Shown here in pieces: positions 9,237-18,615 of a stretch of 64,000 nucleotides of DNA. Where the stretch lies: the IMG/VR virus record IMGVR_UViG_3300035145_003993, positions 124,001-188,000 of that record; one strand, written 5' to 3'. The notes under the pieces are model-generated. The model did not search any database, was not told the DNA's origin, and saw only the letters and a program-made list of their open reading frames with translations. The translations under genes and the position numbers were made by a program. Every line of letters starts with the position of its first letter. The first letter of the stretch is position 1.

Positions 9237-9803
9237 TTACCCAAATACACCACACTTAATTAAAGATTGTAATACATCAAGTAAAGCTTTTGTTGATGAT
9301 TCTTTACAAGTAGAACCAGTAAAATCCATTAAAGGACGCAAGCATTTTTCAATATCATCAGGATTAGTCATTAAATGTTGAGAGCAACTATCATATGAAT
9401 CTTTACAAGGCACATTTTGTATTGACTGTGATCTTATTTTATTATAATGGTCTAAAGACTCAGGGTGTGCGCAATGAAATTTAATATGGTCTACGTAATC
9501 CTGAGTTGTAACTTGATTATCGTTATCTAAATCAAAATGAGAATATAAGTCTTCAGGTGTAACATAGCCGTCATTATTAGGATCTAGATCATGATGTGTG
9601 TGTCCTTTTAATCCATCTAATTTTTTCGTTTCTAAATGATCATGATCATAATATTCTTCTTCAGAGTGTCCTGGACAATTACATGGATCACAATAGCATT
9701 CTCCACAAACTTCTTCACATTTACAAGGATTATATCCACATGCAAAACAAACATTTGAAGAAGCTTTGTCTAAAAATTCTTTTATAAGTTTTCTATCGTT
9801 CAT
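9237..9803 (-). CDS. Cys-rich, His/acid-rich, EF-hand-like protein
   Basis: CxxCxxxPCxC twice; DPNNDGYVTPED and DLDNDNQVTTQD loops. Confidence 0.65.
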   Translation of the reverse strand: MNDRKLIKEFLDKASSNVCFACGYNPCKCEEVCGECYCDPCNCPGHSEEEYYDHDHLETKKLDGLKGHTHHDLDPNNDGYVTPEDLYSHFDLDNDNQVTTQDYVDHIKFHCAHPESLDHYNKIRSQSIQNVPCKDSYDSCSQHLMTNPDDIEKCLRPLMDFTGSTCKESSTKALLDVLQSLIKCGVFG

Positions 9804-9814
9804 ATTAAAACCTT

Positions 9815-10990
9815 TCAGTATGAATATAAATATAACTTATCTTTGATCTTTTGTTGATTATCATGTGCTTGTTTTCTACTTAATCCTTTTTTAATACTTT
9901 CAGACATGATTCTTTGTGAATCTACAATATCTTCCATTAATTTACAATGACTTTCAGCATAATCTGTGATAAGATTAATATTTTTAATTACGTATTCTAA
10001 CCTTTTAATAGTAAAACATACAATATGAGCCGCATCTTTAAAAATAATTCTTTCTGAGGATGAGTGTGAAATATCTCTTTCAAGAAGTGTTGTACAGTTT
10101 TCAATTGCTGTTTGAAAATAAGATTTATATAACCTTGTAAGACCACAAATATTTTCTGTTAAGATAGGATTTTTTTTATGTGGCATTGCACTTGATCCTT
10201 TTTGCTTGGCTCTAAAAGGTTCAGCCATTTCATTTATTCCATCTAAACTGTAAATTCTTATATCATAAGAGATTTTTTCAATTGCAAGTACGAGCTGTAG
10301 TATGCCGTAAAAATAATCTAAGTAATGTTGTCTTGGAATAATTTGTGATGAAATAACAGGTTTAAGATCAAGTTGTTCTAAAGCTTTATGTTCACATTCA
10401 ACTGTATTAAAATAGTAATTCCCGGTAGCACCACTAAGTTTTCCTAAGCTTATTTTATCTTTAGATTCAAGTACTGAGTCATATCCTTTTCTCAAAAGAT
10501 GCAGCCAACGATATATTATATCATAATAAGTTTGTATTTCTGCAGCTTTTCCATGTGTTCTAGCAAGTATTCTGTTTTTCGATTCATCAGATTGTAACAG
10601 ATTTGACAAATGAAATATTAAACTACTTGCATAATCTAACACCACTTGTAGACTTTCTTTACACATTATTGATAAAGATGTATCAAGTATATCTGAAGAC
10701 GTTAAACCGTAATGAATCCATCTACCACTCTTGTCTGGAATAGACTCTTCTAACATTTGGACAAATGCTTGGACGTCATGATTAGTTTCTTCTTCTATTT
10801 CTTTCCAACGATTAATATTGATTTTAGCATTTTCTTTAATTACGTTGAATTCATCAGATGTAATTGTTGGATGAGTTATATTGTCTAATTGAGATTCAAG
10901 ATGAGCTAATTCTACTTTTAGCCAAGTGTTTAATTTATTTTCTGTTTTCCAAATATCATAAATTTCTTGAACTTTATATCTTGGTATCAT
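9815..10990 (-). CDS. purB: Adenylosuccinate lyase
   Basis: HYGLTSSDI, RTHGKAA, and the GSSAMPHKKNPILTENICGL signature. Confidence 0.93.
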   Translation of the reverse strand: MIPRYKVQEIYDIWKTENKLNTWLKVELAHLESQLDNITHPTITSDEFNVIKENAKININRWKEIEEETNHDVQAFVQMLEESIPDKSGRWIHYGLTSSDILDTSLSIMCKESLQVVLDYASSLIFHLSNLLQSDESKNRILARTHGKAAEIQTYYDIIYRWLHLLRKGYDSVLESKDKISLGKLSGATGNYYFNTVECEHKALEQLDLKPVISSQIIPRQHYLDYFYGILQLVLAIEKISYDIRIYSLDGINEMAEPFRAKQKGSSAMPHKKNPILTENICGLTRLYKSYFQTAIENCTTLLERDISHSSSERIIFKDAAHIVCFTIKRLEYVIKNINLITDYAESHCKLMEDIVDSQRIMSESIKKGLSRKQAHDNQQKIKDKLYLYSY

Positions 10991-11187
10991 TTTTCCTCTT
11001 TCGTTATTTTTTCTAGAAAGTCTGTAGGGATTTGTACTATTTCTTTATTTAATAAGATTTTAGATAGCGTTTTGCTTTCTTGATAAGAAGAATTTTTTCC
11101 ATAAGATATAAAAATCCCAACATCACATCTACTGTTTGAAAACTTATTTGTATTAAGAACAAGATCACCTTTAGTTAAGATGCCCAA
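10987..11187 (-). CDS. Small SH3/KOW-like protein
   Basis: LTKGDLV...DVGIFISY; sits between purA and purB. Confidence 0.55.
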   Translation of the reverse strand: MGILTKGDLVLNTNKFSNSRCDVGIFISYGKNSSYQESKTLSKILLNKEIVQIPTDFLEKITKEEK

Positions 11188-12371
11188 ACTATTTCTCCTC
11201 TTTTAGGACCAGTTGTAAAAGATATACGTTTTACACCAGTGTGGATTTCTATTGTATTTAATAATTCTTTAAATCCAGGATCAGTTGTTTTAACGCTGTT
11301 AATTCTAGTCATCGAATAGTTTCTTCCGTGTAAGAAGAAAGCAGGTTTCTCTATATGTGTCATCACGTCTGTTTTAACAACACACAAATGATCTACTCCA
11401 TTTTGTATAATAGCTAATTTAACTTCGTCTAAATCTAACCAACCACACTGTCTAGGACGCCCAGTTGTCGCACCAAACTCTTGACCAACTTCAGCTAATA
11501 TCTTTTCTTGACCATCTGTAATGATACTAGGAAAATTACCGCTACCTACCTTAGTTTTGTAAGATTTAATTACTCCTATTACTTCATCGATTTGCTTATG
11601 ATTTAATCCTGTAGAGTTGATTGCTCCACCTACAGAAGGTGAAGATGATGTAACGTCTGGATAGTTATCTGAAAATATGTTAAGGCCACTTCCTTGTGCA
11701 CCTTCTAAAAGAATATTATAATCTTTTTTATAATATTCGTGAAGAACATTTTCGTCACTTAGTTGATACATTCGCAAGATTGAAACCATATTTTCATATT
11801 CAGAAATCCAAGAATTAAATAGATCAAAGTCAGGTTTTAAGTCTTCTAAACTTTCACCGTCTTGTGCTCTTCTTTCTTGTAAGTCATAAAACCTTGATTG
11901 AATTTTAATGAGAGACTGTTCAGGCATATTTACAAAATCTTTAACCAAAATAGAGTCCCGAGCGTAAAAATCAGAGTATGCAGGACCAATTCCTTTTGCA
12001 GTCGTGCCTAGTCTTTTCTGATATTTGAGTCGATCAATTATTTTATGAGTTGGCTCAATTATAGGACAATATCCCGAAACTGAAAGATTTGAACCAGGTT
12101 TTACATTTAAGTCTGTTACTTCTTTGCAAAAGTCTTCTACATCTATAACACATCCTCTTGAAATAATGTTAATAACTTCTTTTGTTAAAACACCTACAGG
12201 AAGAATGTGTGTAACAAACTTATTACCTTTTCTATCGTAAACTGTATGACCAGCATTCCCTCCTCCTTGAAACCTTACAACGACGTCAGCCCAAGTTTGA
12301 ACTAAATCATCAACTACTCTACCTTTACCTTCGTCTCCATGTTGAAGACCTAAAACTAATTTTACTGGCAT
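11175..12371 (-). CDS. purA: Adenylosuccinate synthetase (canonical PurA, not PurZ)
   Basis: QHGDEGKG, RFQGGGNAGHT, GTTAKGIGPAY, LEGAQG, EFGATTGRPRQCGWLD. Confidence 0.93.
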   Translation of the reverse strand: MPVKLVLGLQHGDEGKGRVVDDLVQTWADVVVRFQGGGNAGHTVYDRKGNKFVTHILPVGVLTKEVINIISRGCVIDVEDFCKEVTDLNVKPGSNLSVSGYCPIIEPTHKIIDRLKYQKRLGTTAKGIGPAYSDFYARDSILVKDFVNMPEQSLIKIQSRFYDLQERRAQDGESLEDLKPDFDLFNSWISEYENMVSILRMYQLSDENVLHEYYKKDYNILLEGAQGSGLNIFSDNYPDVTSSSPSVGGAINSTGLNHKQIDEVIGVIKSYKTKVGSGNFPSIITDGQEKILAEVGQEFGATTGRPRQCGWLDLDEVKLAIIQNGVDHLCVVKTDVMTHIEKPAFFLHGRNYSMTRINSVKTTDPGFKELLNTIEIHTGVKRISFTTGPKRGEIVWAS

Positions 12372-12374
12372 AAT

Positions 12375-13436
12375 TTACTTTCTATTAAAAATATGTGGAT
12401 TACCTTCGATATGTGATGAAGAGCTTTGAACTCTAAAAACTGCATTTTCTCTAAGGTCATTTAAATTTTGAGCTCCGCTGTAAGACATTCCACTTTTAAC
12501 GTTTGACATAATTTCATTTAAAACTTCTTTAACAGATCCTTTAAAAGGTACATAAGAAGAAACGCCTTCAACTGAATTATATGTTCCTTTCCAGTCTTTT
12601 TGCGCTGCTTTAGAAGCCATACCATTATACTTTTTTGTTTTTTCACCTTCTTCGTTAAGAATCACTTCACCAGGTGTTTCTTCAGTTCCACTAAGAATAG
12701 AACCTAACATGACGAAATCTGCACCAGCGGCTAATGATTTAACAATATCACCACTATTTTTAATACCACCATCAGCAATAATATAAGAAGTTTTTTGATC
12801 TAATTTTTGTAACTCTAATTTAGCTTTGTAGCAATCAAGAACAGCTTGAAATGTTGGTATTCCGTGACCTGTTTGGATTCTAGTAGTACAAATACTACCA
12901 CTTCCGACCGAAGATCTTATTGCGTGAGCTCCAGCTTGAGTTAATCTTTTATATGCATGACCTGTTGCAATATTACCAGCAATTACAAACAAATGATCAT
13001 ATTCACTTCTGATAAACTCGATAGCATTTTCCATAAGTACATGATCACCATGTGCAATATCAATACAGACAATATTTAAATCATTTTTTACTAATTCAGA
13101 TAATCTTTCTTTATAATCTCCTGATGCTCCTATCGCTGCTGATTTGTAAAGATTATTATTTACTTTTGATAAAAGATTTACTTGATGATCTATAGAATTA
13201 TACCGATGTATAATTCCTAATCCACCTTGATCTATCATAGCATTAGACATATCATATTCTGTTACTGTAGACATAGGCGAACTAATAATTGGTATATTAA
13301 ACACTAAATCTTTTTTATTTTTATTTGTTGATACTTTAACAGATGTATCTATATTTTTCCTTGTTTTAAGGTTAGAATATTGTGGTTCTAAAATTACATC
13401 ATCAAAACTTAAAACTTTTTTATTTATAACTTTCAT
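12375..13436 (-). CDS. IMPDH/GMP reductase family enzyme without CBS domains; GMP reductase favoured
   Basis: [37 protein letters not shown]; no Arg-Tyr flap dyad. Confidence 0.85.
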   Translation of the reverse strand: MKVINKKVLSFDDVILEPQYSNLKTRKNIDTSVKVSTNKNKKDLVFNIPIISSPMSTVTEYDMSNAMIDQGGLGIIHRYNSIDHQVNLLSKVNNNLYKSAAIGASGDYKERLSELVKNDLNIVCIDIAHGDHVLMENAIEFIRSEYDHLFVIAGNIATGHAYKRLTQAGAHAIRSSVGSGSICTTRIQTGHGIPTFQAVLDCYKAKLELQKLDQKTSYIIADGGIKNSGDIVKSLAAGADFVMLGSILSGTEETPGEVILNEEGEKTKKYNGMASKAAQKDWKGTYNSVEGVSSYVPFKGSVKEVLNEIMSNVKSGMSYSGAQNLNDLRENAVFRVQSSSSHIEGNPHIFNRK

Positions 13437-13458
13437 TCATACCTCTTTAGTCTTAAAC

Positions 13459-13487
13459 ACTATAATAAATAAAATTTCTATTTACAC
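13459..13487 (-). promoter_or_regulatory. Phage promoter GTGTAAA-N16-TATAGT
   Basis: Upstream of the purine operon. Confidence 0.7.
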
Positions 13488-13494
13488 CAAAGAA

Positions 13495-14466
13495 TTACAT
13501 ATTAGTTAAAAAATCTTTTCTATATTTTAATAATGCTTTTTCTTTTGCTTTAGACTCTAACACTATATCAACTGTTTTCCCACAGCTGTTAAAAGGTTTA
13601 TAGTAATAGTTCGAATGTGCCGCTGCAGATCTTATTGATGGATCTTCAAATTCTTTTTTTCCGTTAGAATGATGACAAGTAGGTCTTATACTCTTTGGCC
13701 AAGAATCGTAAGCCATTTCGAAAGATTCTTGATAAGAAGCATCTTGAGGCCCTAATGAATAGTGATGAGAATCAAAAACGATTGGAACTTTTATTTTTTT
13801 ATAAATATTTTCATAAAGAAATTTTGCACTAAACATTGAAGGTCTATCATCATTTTCAACAGTTAGCCTTGATTGAACTGAAGGTGTGAGTTTTTTAAAA
13901 TTATTAATAAAGTTATTTGCAGCTAATTGTAAATCTCCACCACAAGAAGATCCTAAATGAATATTAATTTTCGACCAATGATTTTGATCTAAACCCATTA
14001 AATCGAATAACTCACCATGCATTTCTAAATCAACAATACAATTTTTTACTACATTTTCTTTTTCAGATGCTAAGCAATTAAATTGACCAGGATGAAAAGA
14101 AACTCTTTGATTAATAACTTTTGTATAATTACCTGCCATTTTAAGATAATGACAAATTTCTTCATAATCTGGTAAATCTTTAAGATTATATTCACTAGCC
14201 CATGGAGTTAAACAAGAAGAAATCCTAAAAACTTCAATATTATTTTTATAATTCCAATTAAAAATTGGAAGTAAGTCTTTAACATTTTGAAGAACAATTT
14301 TTGAAACGTATGGTAAACCTTTTTTTAAAAAGGTAGCTTTTCTCATTGTTCTAGAATTAAATATATCTTTTTCTCTTAATTCCATATTAAGACAAGCATA
14401 TCCAAACCTATTCATAATAAATGTTCCTTCGTTTAATAAAAATTTGAATTTTTTTATATTATACAA
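13495..14466 (-). CDS. uvsE: UV damage endonuclease
   Basis: RFGYAC, RVSFHPGQF, RLTVENDD, FDSHH, HSNYY, VLESKAKE; true start is probably the internal MNRFG. Confidence 0.9.
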   Translation of the reverse strand: MYNIKKFKFLLNEGTFIMNRFGYACLNMELREKDIFNSRTMRKATFLKKGLPYVSKIVLQNVKDLLPIFNWNYKNNIEVFRISSCLTPWASEYNLKDLPDYEEICHYLKMAGNYTKVINQRVSFHPGQFNCLASEKENVVKNCIVDLEMHGELFDLMGLDQNHWSKINIHLGSSCGGDLQLAANNFINNFKKLTPSVQSRLTVENDDRPSMFSAKFLYENIYKKIKVPIVFDSHHYSLGPQDASYQESFEMAYDSWPKSIRPTCHHSNGKKEFEDPSIRSAAAHSNYYYKPFNSCGKTVDIVLESKAKEKALLKYRKDFLTNM

Positions 14467-14487
14467 AAAAAAATTTATTATTTACAC
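14458..14487 (-). promoter_or_regulatory. Phage promoter GTGTAAA-N17-TATAAT
   Basis: Upstream of uvsE. Confidence 0.7.
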
Positions 14488-14496
14488 TAATTTTTA

Positions 14497-15564
14497 TTAA
14501 GGTTCTTCGTATATTTTTTTATCATATACAGGGTGATTATAAGATAAATCTAAAGCTTTAATACTCTTAGGACTAAGATTGTTATTCCTAAGATCAGCTT
14601 TATCGATTCCAACATTAGCCAAACTAAAGTCATGATATAAATTTTCTTTTGTGTGATTCACTAATCTATTAAGATCTTCGTATGTATTTAATAAAGATAA
14701 ATCTGATTCGTAATTAGGATTAAGATTATCAAACATGAAATATTCTGGATTTACATAATCTATAGTTCTTTTTTCTTTAATATTTTCAATCACGTCTATA
14801 AGTAATTCGTAATTAACTACATTTGTTGGAATCATAGAAAATCTAAATCTTTCTTCAATAAACTCTACTAAATATTTTAAAAAGTCGTCTGAAGCTCTGA
14901 CAAATCCTTCTGTATTATTTTGTAATTTAAAAATCGAACTTAATGTAGGAAAAATTTTCTTAATATCAGAAACAGAAAGACTTGAATCGAAGAAAGGAAC
15001 TTCGTTTTCATCAACACCATATATACGTTCAAGTTTTTCTGTAATGATCCATTCTGGATGAGGATCTAGATCGTATAAATAAGTTTTAGTAAAAAGTTGT
15101 GAAGATCCTTTTCCATACTGGCCTCGAGACACATTTAATTCTTTTAAATTAGAAATAGCACCTGCTTTATCCATGGATGCTTTTAATACAATATTATCAA
15201 CGTCGTTGATGTTAAAAACATATCTTTCCGCACCTTCAGCTATAAAATCTAATTCAAGTTCAGAAATTCCATATTTTTCAAGATAATATTGTCTATCTCT
15301 TAATCTATCTTCTCGATTGAATTCTAAATCCGGAATATTTTTTGTCTGTGAAAGAAGTAATAGTGTGTGTCCAAACTCATAAAAAGTATCTTGGCGTTTT
15401 TCATTTCCTTTATGCCAGTTTGAATATTCTGGGTCTAGAACTTCATTTTTTATCAACTTTAAATTTTCAGAAAGATTTTGTATAATACTATCATCTCTCA
15501 TATTAAGATCTTCATTTATATATTCTTTCCAAAGATTTATAAATACACTTTTATTATATATCAT
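14497..15564 (-). CDS. Protein-kinase-like fold protein with N-terminal leader
   Basis: AEGAERYVF (G-loop), IVLK, ELNV, WIITEKL, HDFSLANVG, KALDLSY. Confidence 0.6.
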   Translation of the reverse strand: MIYNKSVFINLWKEYINEDLNMRDDSIIQNLSENLKLIKNEVLDPEYSNWHKGNEKRQDTFYEFGHTLLLLSQTKNIPDLEFNREDRLRDRQYYLEKYGISELELDFIAEGAERYVFNINDVDNIVLKASMDKAGAISNLKELNVSRGQYGKGSSQLFTKTYLYDLDPHPEWIITEKLERIYGVDENEVPFFDSSLSVSDIKKIFPTLSSIFKLQNNTEGFVRASDDFLKYLVEFIEERFRFSMIPTNVVNYELLIDVIENIKEKRTIDYVNPEYFMFDNLNPNYESDLSLLNTYEDLNRLVNHTKENLYHDFSLANVGIDKADLRNNNLSPKSIKALDLSYNHPVYDKKIYEEP

Positions 15565-15595
15565 ATATTTTCCTTTTATAGTTATATAATAATTA

Positions 15596-15603
15596 TATTT
15601 ATA
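15596..15603 (+). promoter_or_regulatory. Candidate late-promoter motif TATTTATA
   Basis: 17 nt upstream of the + strand cluster start at 15620. Confidence 0.4.
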
Positions 15604-15619
15604 AAGTTAAAGAGATAAA

Positions 15620-15904
15620 ATGCTTCCATTTAAAGAAAAAATTATCGAAGAAAATGAAAATTTTATACTAGTTCAAAGAAACTTTATGTCAATGATGTCA
15701 GAAGAAGAATTAAATTGGCATAAGGATAAGGAAGAAAGAGAAGTATTTTTAGTTGAAGGCGATGGTTGGTATTTACAAATGGAAAATGAAATCCCTGTTT
15801 TAATGCAGAAAGGATCTGTTTTTAAAATACCTAAAGAAACATGGCATCGAATAATTAATAAAAACGGCACAAATTTAATAATCAATGTGAGAAAATATAA
15901 ATGA
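15620..15904 (+). CDS. Cupin-fold protein
   Basis: WHKDKEERE...IPKETWHRII. Confidence 0.7.
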   Translation: MLPFKEKIIEENENFILVQRNFMSMMSEEELNWHKDKEEREVFLVEGDGWYLQMENEIPVLMQKGSVFKIPKETWHRIINKNGTNLIINVRKYK

Positions 15905-16479
15905 GTTTTAATCTTTTAAAAGAAATGATAAAAGAAATTATTTTAGTTGAATCAAATAAACCTTCAAAAGAATTAGAAAAATCTAAGTATGCTTTACTTA
16001 ATGGTGAAAAAGTAGAGATTATTGCTGCTGATGGACCTGGTGAGTATTCGATTGTTAGAAAGAAAAATTCTGATAAGGGTGAAGATAAAGAAGAATTTGC
16101 TTTAATGAAAGATCTTAAACCTTTAAAAAACGTAAACGAAAGAAAAGATCCTAAAGTAGGAACAGGGAAAAAACCAAAAGGAAGTGACAGAAGATTATAT
16201 ACTGACGAAAATCCAAATGACACAGTAAGAGTAAAGTTTAGAACTGCTTCAGATATTAGAAAAACTTTGTCAAAAAAATCTTTTAAATCAAAATCTCACG
16301 CTAGACAGTCTCAAATTATTAATTTAATACATCAAAGAGTTAGAGCTGCTTATAAAAACGCTAAAGATCCTAAAGTAAAAGCTCGTCTTAAAAGGGCATA
16401 CGAATATGCATGTGAAAGAAAAGAAGCATCAAAAAGAAAAACTTTAAGAATTAAAAAGAAAAAGCGAGAATTAAATTGA
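15901..16479 (+). CDS. Basic phage protein with leader
   Basis: ATGA coupling; GTGKKPKGSDRRLYTDENP motif recalled from marine phage hypothetical proteins. Confidence 0.75.
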   Translation: MSFNLLKEMIKEIILVESNKPSKELEKSKYALLNGEKVEIIAADGPGEYSIVRKKNSDKGEDKEEFALMKDLKPLKNVNERKDPKVGTGKKPKGSDRRLYTDENPNDTVRVKFRTASDIRKTLSKKSFKSKSHARQSQIINLIHQRVRAAYKNAKDPKVKARLKRAYEYACERKEASKRKTLRIKKKKRELN

Positions 16480-16739
16480 ATTTTAAATTATTAGAAAACT
16501 TTATAAAAGAAGTAATTTTAGATGAAACTAAAAAGAAAAAATCTAAAAGAAAAAAGAAGAAAAAAAGACCTGGAAAAAAAGAGTATTATAAAGGGACTAA
16601 GGATAGTAATAAATCAATGGCTTATGAAATTAATAAGTGTAGTCCAAAAGGAAAACCAAAAGGTTGGAAAGCTCCTAAATCTTGTTATGATTATTGGGAT
16701 GCAGATAAAAAATACGACAAATCAAAAGGTAAAAAATGA
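16476..16739 (+). CDS. Small Lys-rich protein with leader
   Basis: TTG start overlapping the previous stop; leader shared with the next gene. Confidence 0.65.
   Translation: MNFKLLENFIKEVILDETKKKKSKRKKKKKRPGKKEYYKGTKDSNKSMAYEINKCSPKGKPKGWKAPKSCYDYWDADKKYDKSKGKK
16491..16559 (+). repeat. 69-nt direct repeat, copy 1
   Basis: 4 mismatches versus 16754..16822; encodes LENFIKE(V/I)ILDE(T/V)KKKKSKRKKK. Confidence 0.9.
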
Positions 16740-17077
16740 AAAACTTAATTATTTTAGAAAACTTTATAAAAGAAATAATTTTAGACGAAGTTAAAAAGAA
16801 AAAATCTAAAAGAAAAAAGAAGGAGAATTCTAAAAAATTATCTGAAAAGATTAAAACAACTTTAAGAAAAAAGGCAAAAGATTCAAATATGCCATTAGGT
16901 GCTTTAACTTCTGTATATAAAAAAGGATTAGCAGCTTGGCTAACAGGACATAGACAAGGAATTCCTCAACATCAATGGGCAATGGCAAGAGTTAATAGTT
17001 TTATTAGAGGAGGAAAAACTAGAAAAGTTGACAAAGCCGAATGGAAAAAGGTTCAGAATTTTAGAAAGAAGAAGTAA
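16736..17077 (+). CDS. Basic protein with leader and a conserved viral domain (DUF5824-like)
   Basis: LRKKAKDSNMPLGALTSVYKKGLAAWLTGHRQGIPQHQWAMARVNSF. Confidence 0.75.
   Translation: MKNLIILENFIKEIILDEVKKKKSKRKKKENSKKLSEKIKTTLRKKAKDSNMPLGALTSVYKKGLAAWLTGHRQGIPQHQWAMARVNSFIRGGKTRKVDKAEWKKVQNFRKKK
16754..16822 (+). repeat. 69-nt direct repeat, copy 2
   Basis: See copy 1. Confidence 0.9.
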
Positions 17078-17082
17078 AATAA

Positions 17083-17706
17083 ATGAAAAATTTATTGTTA
17101 GAAACAAATATAATCTCAGAAGGATTAAGATTTCATTTAATTGAAAATATAGGTGTTGAAAATAATATATATAGACCTGGTTCAATAAAATATTTTAATC
17201 TTTTTAGAGAAGTTAGAGACTTAAATAAAATAGGTTTATATAATCTTAGTTTAAAAGAAAAATACTATATTAATGAAACAGATATAGGTGAATGGGGATT
17301 TTATGGAAACAATTTAGTTCCTTTAGATTATCCTATTTTAGAAGGAGATGAGTCTTTAAAATCTAGTATTCCTGTTGAAATATTAAACGAAAAAAAGAAG
17401 AAAAAACCAAAGAAAAAAGGAAACTTCTATAAAGGAAAAAAAGTTCAATTAAATAAACCAAAAAGAGGTGGAAGAAAAAAATATTATGTATACGTCAGAA
17501 ACCCAGAAACAGGAAATATTAAAAAAGTAGAATGGGGAGCTAAAGGTATGTCTGTTGGTATTCATGATGAAGCAAGAAGAAAATCATTTGCAGCTCGTCA
17601 CAGATGTCATTTAACAAAAGATAAAACTACAGCAAGTTATTGGGCATGTAGAACGGGAAGATATCCGCATTTAACTGGCGGGAAAAAGAAATATACTTGG
17701 TGGTAA
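17083..17706 (+). CDS. Phage protein with leader and basic C-terminal domain
   Basis: KKYYVYVRNPETGNIKKVEWG...RRKSFAARHRC...YWAC motif recalled from large-phage hypothetical proteins. Confidence 0.75.
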   Translation: MKNLLLETNIISEGLRFHLIENIGVENNIYRPGSIKYFNLFREVRDLNKIGLYNLSLKEKYYINETDIGEWGFYGNNLVPLDYPILEGDESLKSSIPVEILNEKKKKKPKKKGNFYKGKKVQLNKPKRGGRKKYYVYVRNPETGNIKKVEWGAKGMSVGIHDEARRKSFAARHRCHLTKDKTTASYWACRTGRYPHLTGGKKKYTWW

Positions 17707-17707
17707 T

Positions 17708-18196
17708 TTATTCTTTGTCATATCCAACAAAATGTACACCTTTGAAATGATCTTTTAAAAATGAATTTAGTTTTTTATTCATATCGAAAGATTCAATAGG
17801 TTCATCATTTTTTTCATTTTGTATGTCTTTCCAAACATATGTTAAAAAATCTTCTTCTAGTTTATTGTCTAATATTTGTTGAATCTCTTTGTTAATTCTA
17901 AAGTTATCTAAAAAACTATTAGTCTTTTTTCCTTTTTTTGAAAAATTCCACATACCTAGTAGTATGTCTCCTACATTAGTAACAGTATCAACACCAGGTA
18001 ATACGCCTGCTATTGTTTTTGCTATTTTAAAAACTTGTTTATTTTTATTTTTTAGTTTTGCATTAGCTAAAAGAGCTCTTAAGTCTCCGTAAGTTTTTAT
18101 GTCTTCTATATTTTTAACTTTAAAATTAACTTTATTTTCTTCATTGATTTTTTGTATTTCAAGTCTTATATAGTTTTCTAATATATTTTTTTTCAT
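17708..18196 (-). CDS. Hypothetical protein with leader
   Basis: MKKNILENYIRLEIQKINEE; central amphipathic segment. Confidence 0.7.
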   Translation of the reverse strand: MKKNILENYIRLEIQKINEENKVNFKVKNIEDIKTYGDLRALLANAKLKNKNKQVFKIAKTIAGVLPGVDTVTNVGDILLGMWNFSKKGKKTNSFLDNFRINKEIQQILDNKLEEDFLTYVWKDIQNEKNDEPIESFDMNKKLNSFLKDHFKGVHFVGYDKE

Positions 18197-18215
18197 AAAA
18201 TAAAACCTTAATTTA

Positions 18216-18227
18216 TATTTATAAATA
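18216..18227. promoter_or_regulatory. Palindrome TATTTATAAATA, candidate bidirectional late promoter
   Basis: Perfect 12-nt palindrome between divergent genes 18196(-) and 18250(+). Confidence 0.4.
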
Positions 18228-18249
18228 AATATTACGTTTTAGGATAAAA

Positions 18250-18615
18250 ATGAAACCATATTATTACATTGCTGAAGTTGTTTCTGTTTATGATGGGGAT
18301 ACATGTACTTGTGTAGTTGATTTAGGATTTAAAACTTCAATAAGAATAAAGGTTCGTCTTATTGGGATTGATACGCCTGAAGTTAGAACAAAGGACAAAT
18401 CTGAAAAGGTGAGAGGATTAGAAACAAGAGACTGGCTCAGAGAAAAAATACTAAATAAAAAAGTTTTACTACATACTAAAGAAAGAGGAAAGTTTGGACG
18501 ATGGTTAGGAACTATTTGGTCTTTAGAACAAGATAAACCTGAGTTTGAAAACAGCTATAATAAAAAATTAATCAATGAAGGTTTTGCAAAAGAATATTGG
18601 GGTGGAAAAAGATGA
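18250..18615 (+). CDS. Thermonuclease (SNase family)
   Basis: VYDGDT, VRLIGIDTPE, GKFGRWLG. Confidence 0.9.
   Translation: MKPYYYIAEVVSVYDGDTCTCVVDLGFKTSIRIKVRLIGIDTPEVRTKDKSEKVRGLETRDWLREKILNKKVLLHTKERGKFGRWLGTIWSLEQDKPEFENSYNKKLINEGFAKEYWGGKR

Noticed and set aside
11175-12371. PurZ / 2-aminoadenine (Z-genome) pathway
   Set aside because: The active-site loop is GDEGKG with the PurA catalytic Asp, not the PurZ-type Ser, and the GATTGR loop is canonical
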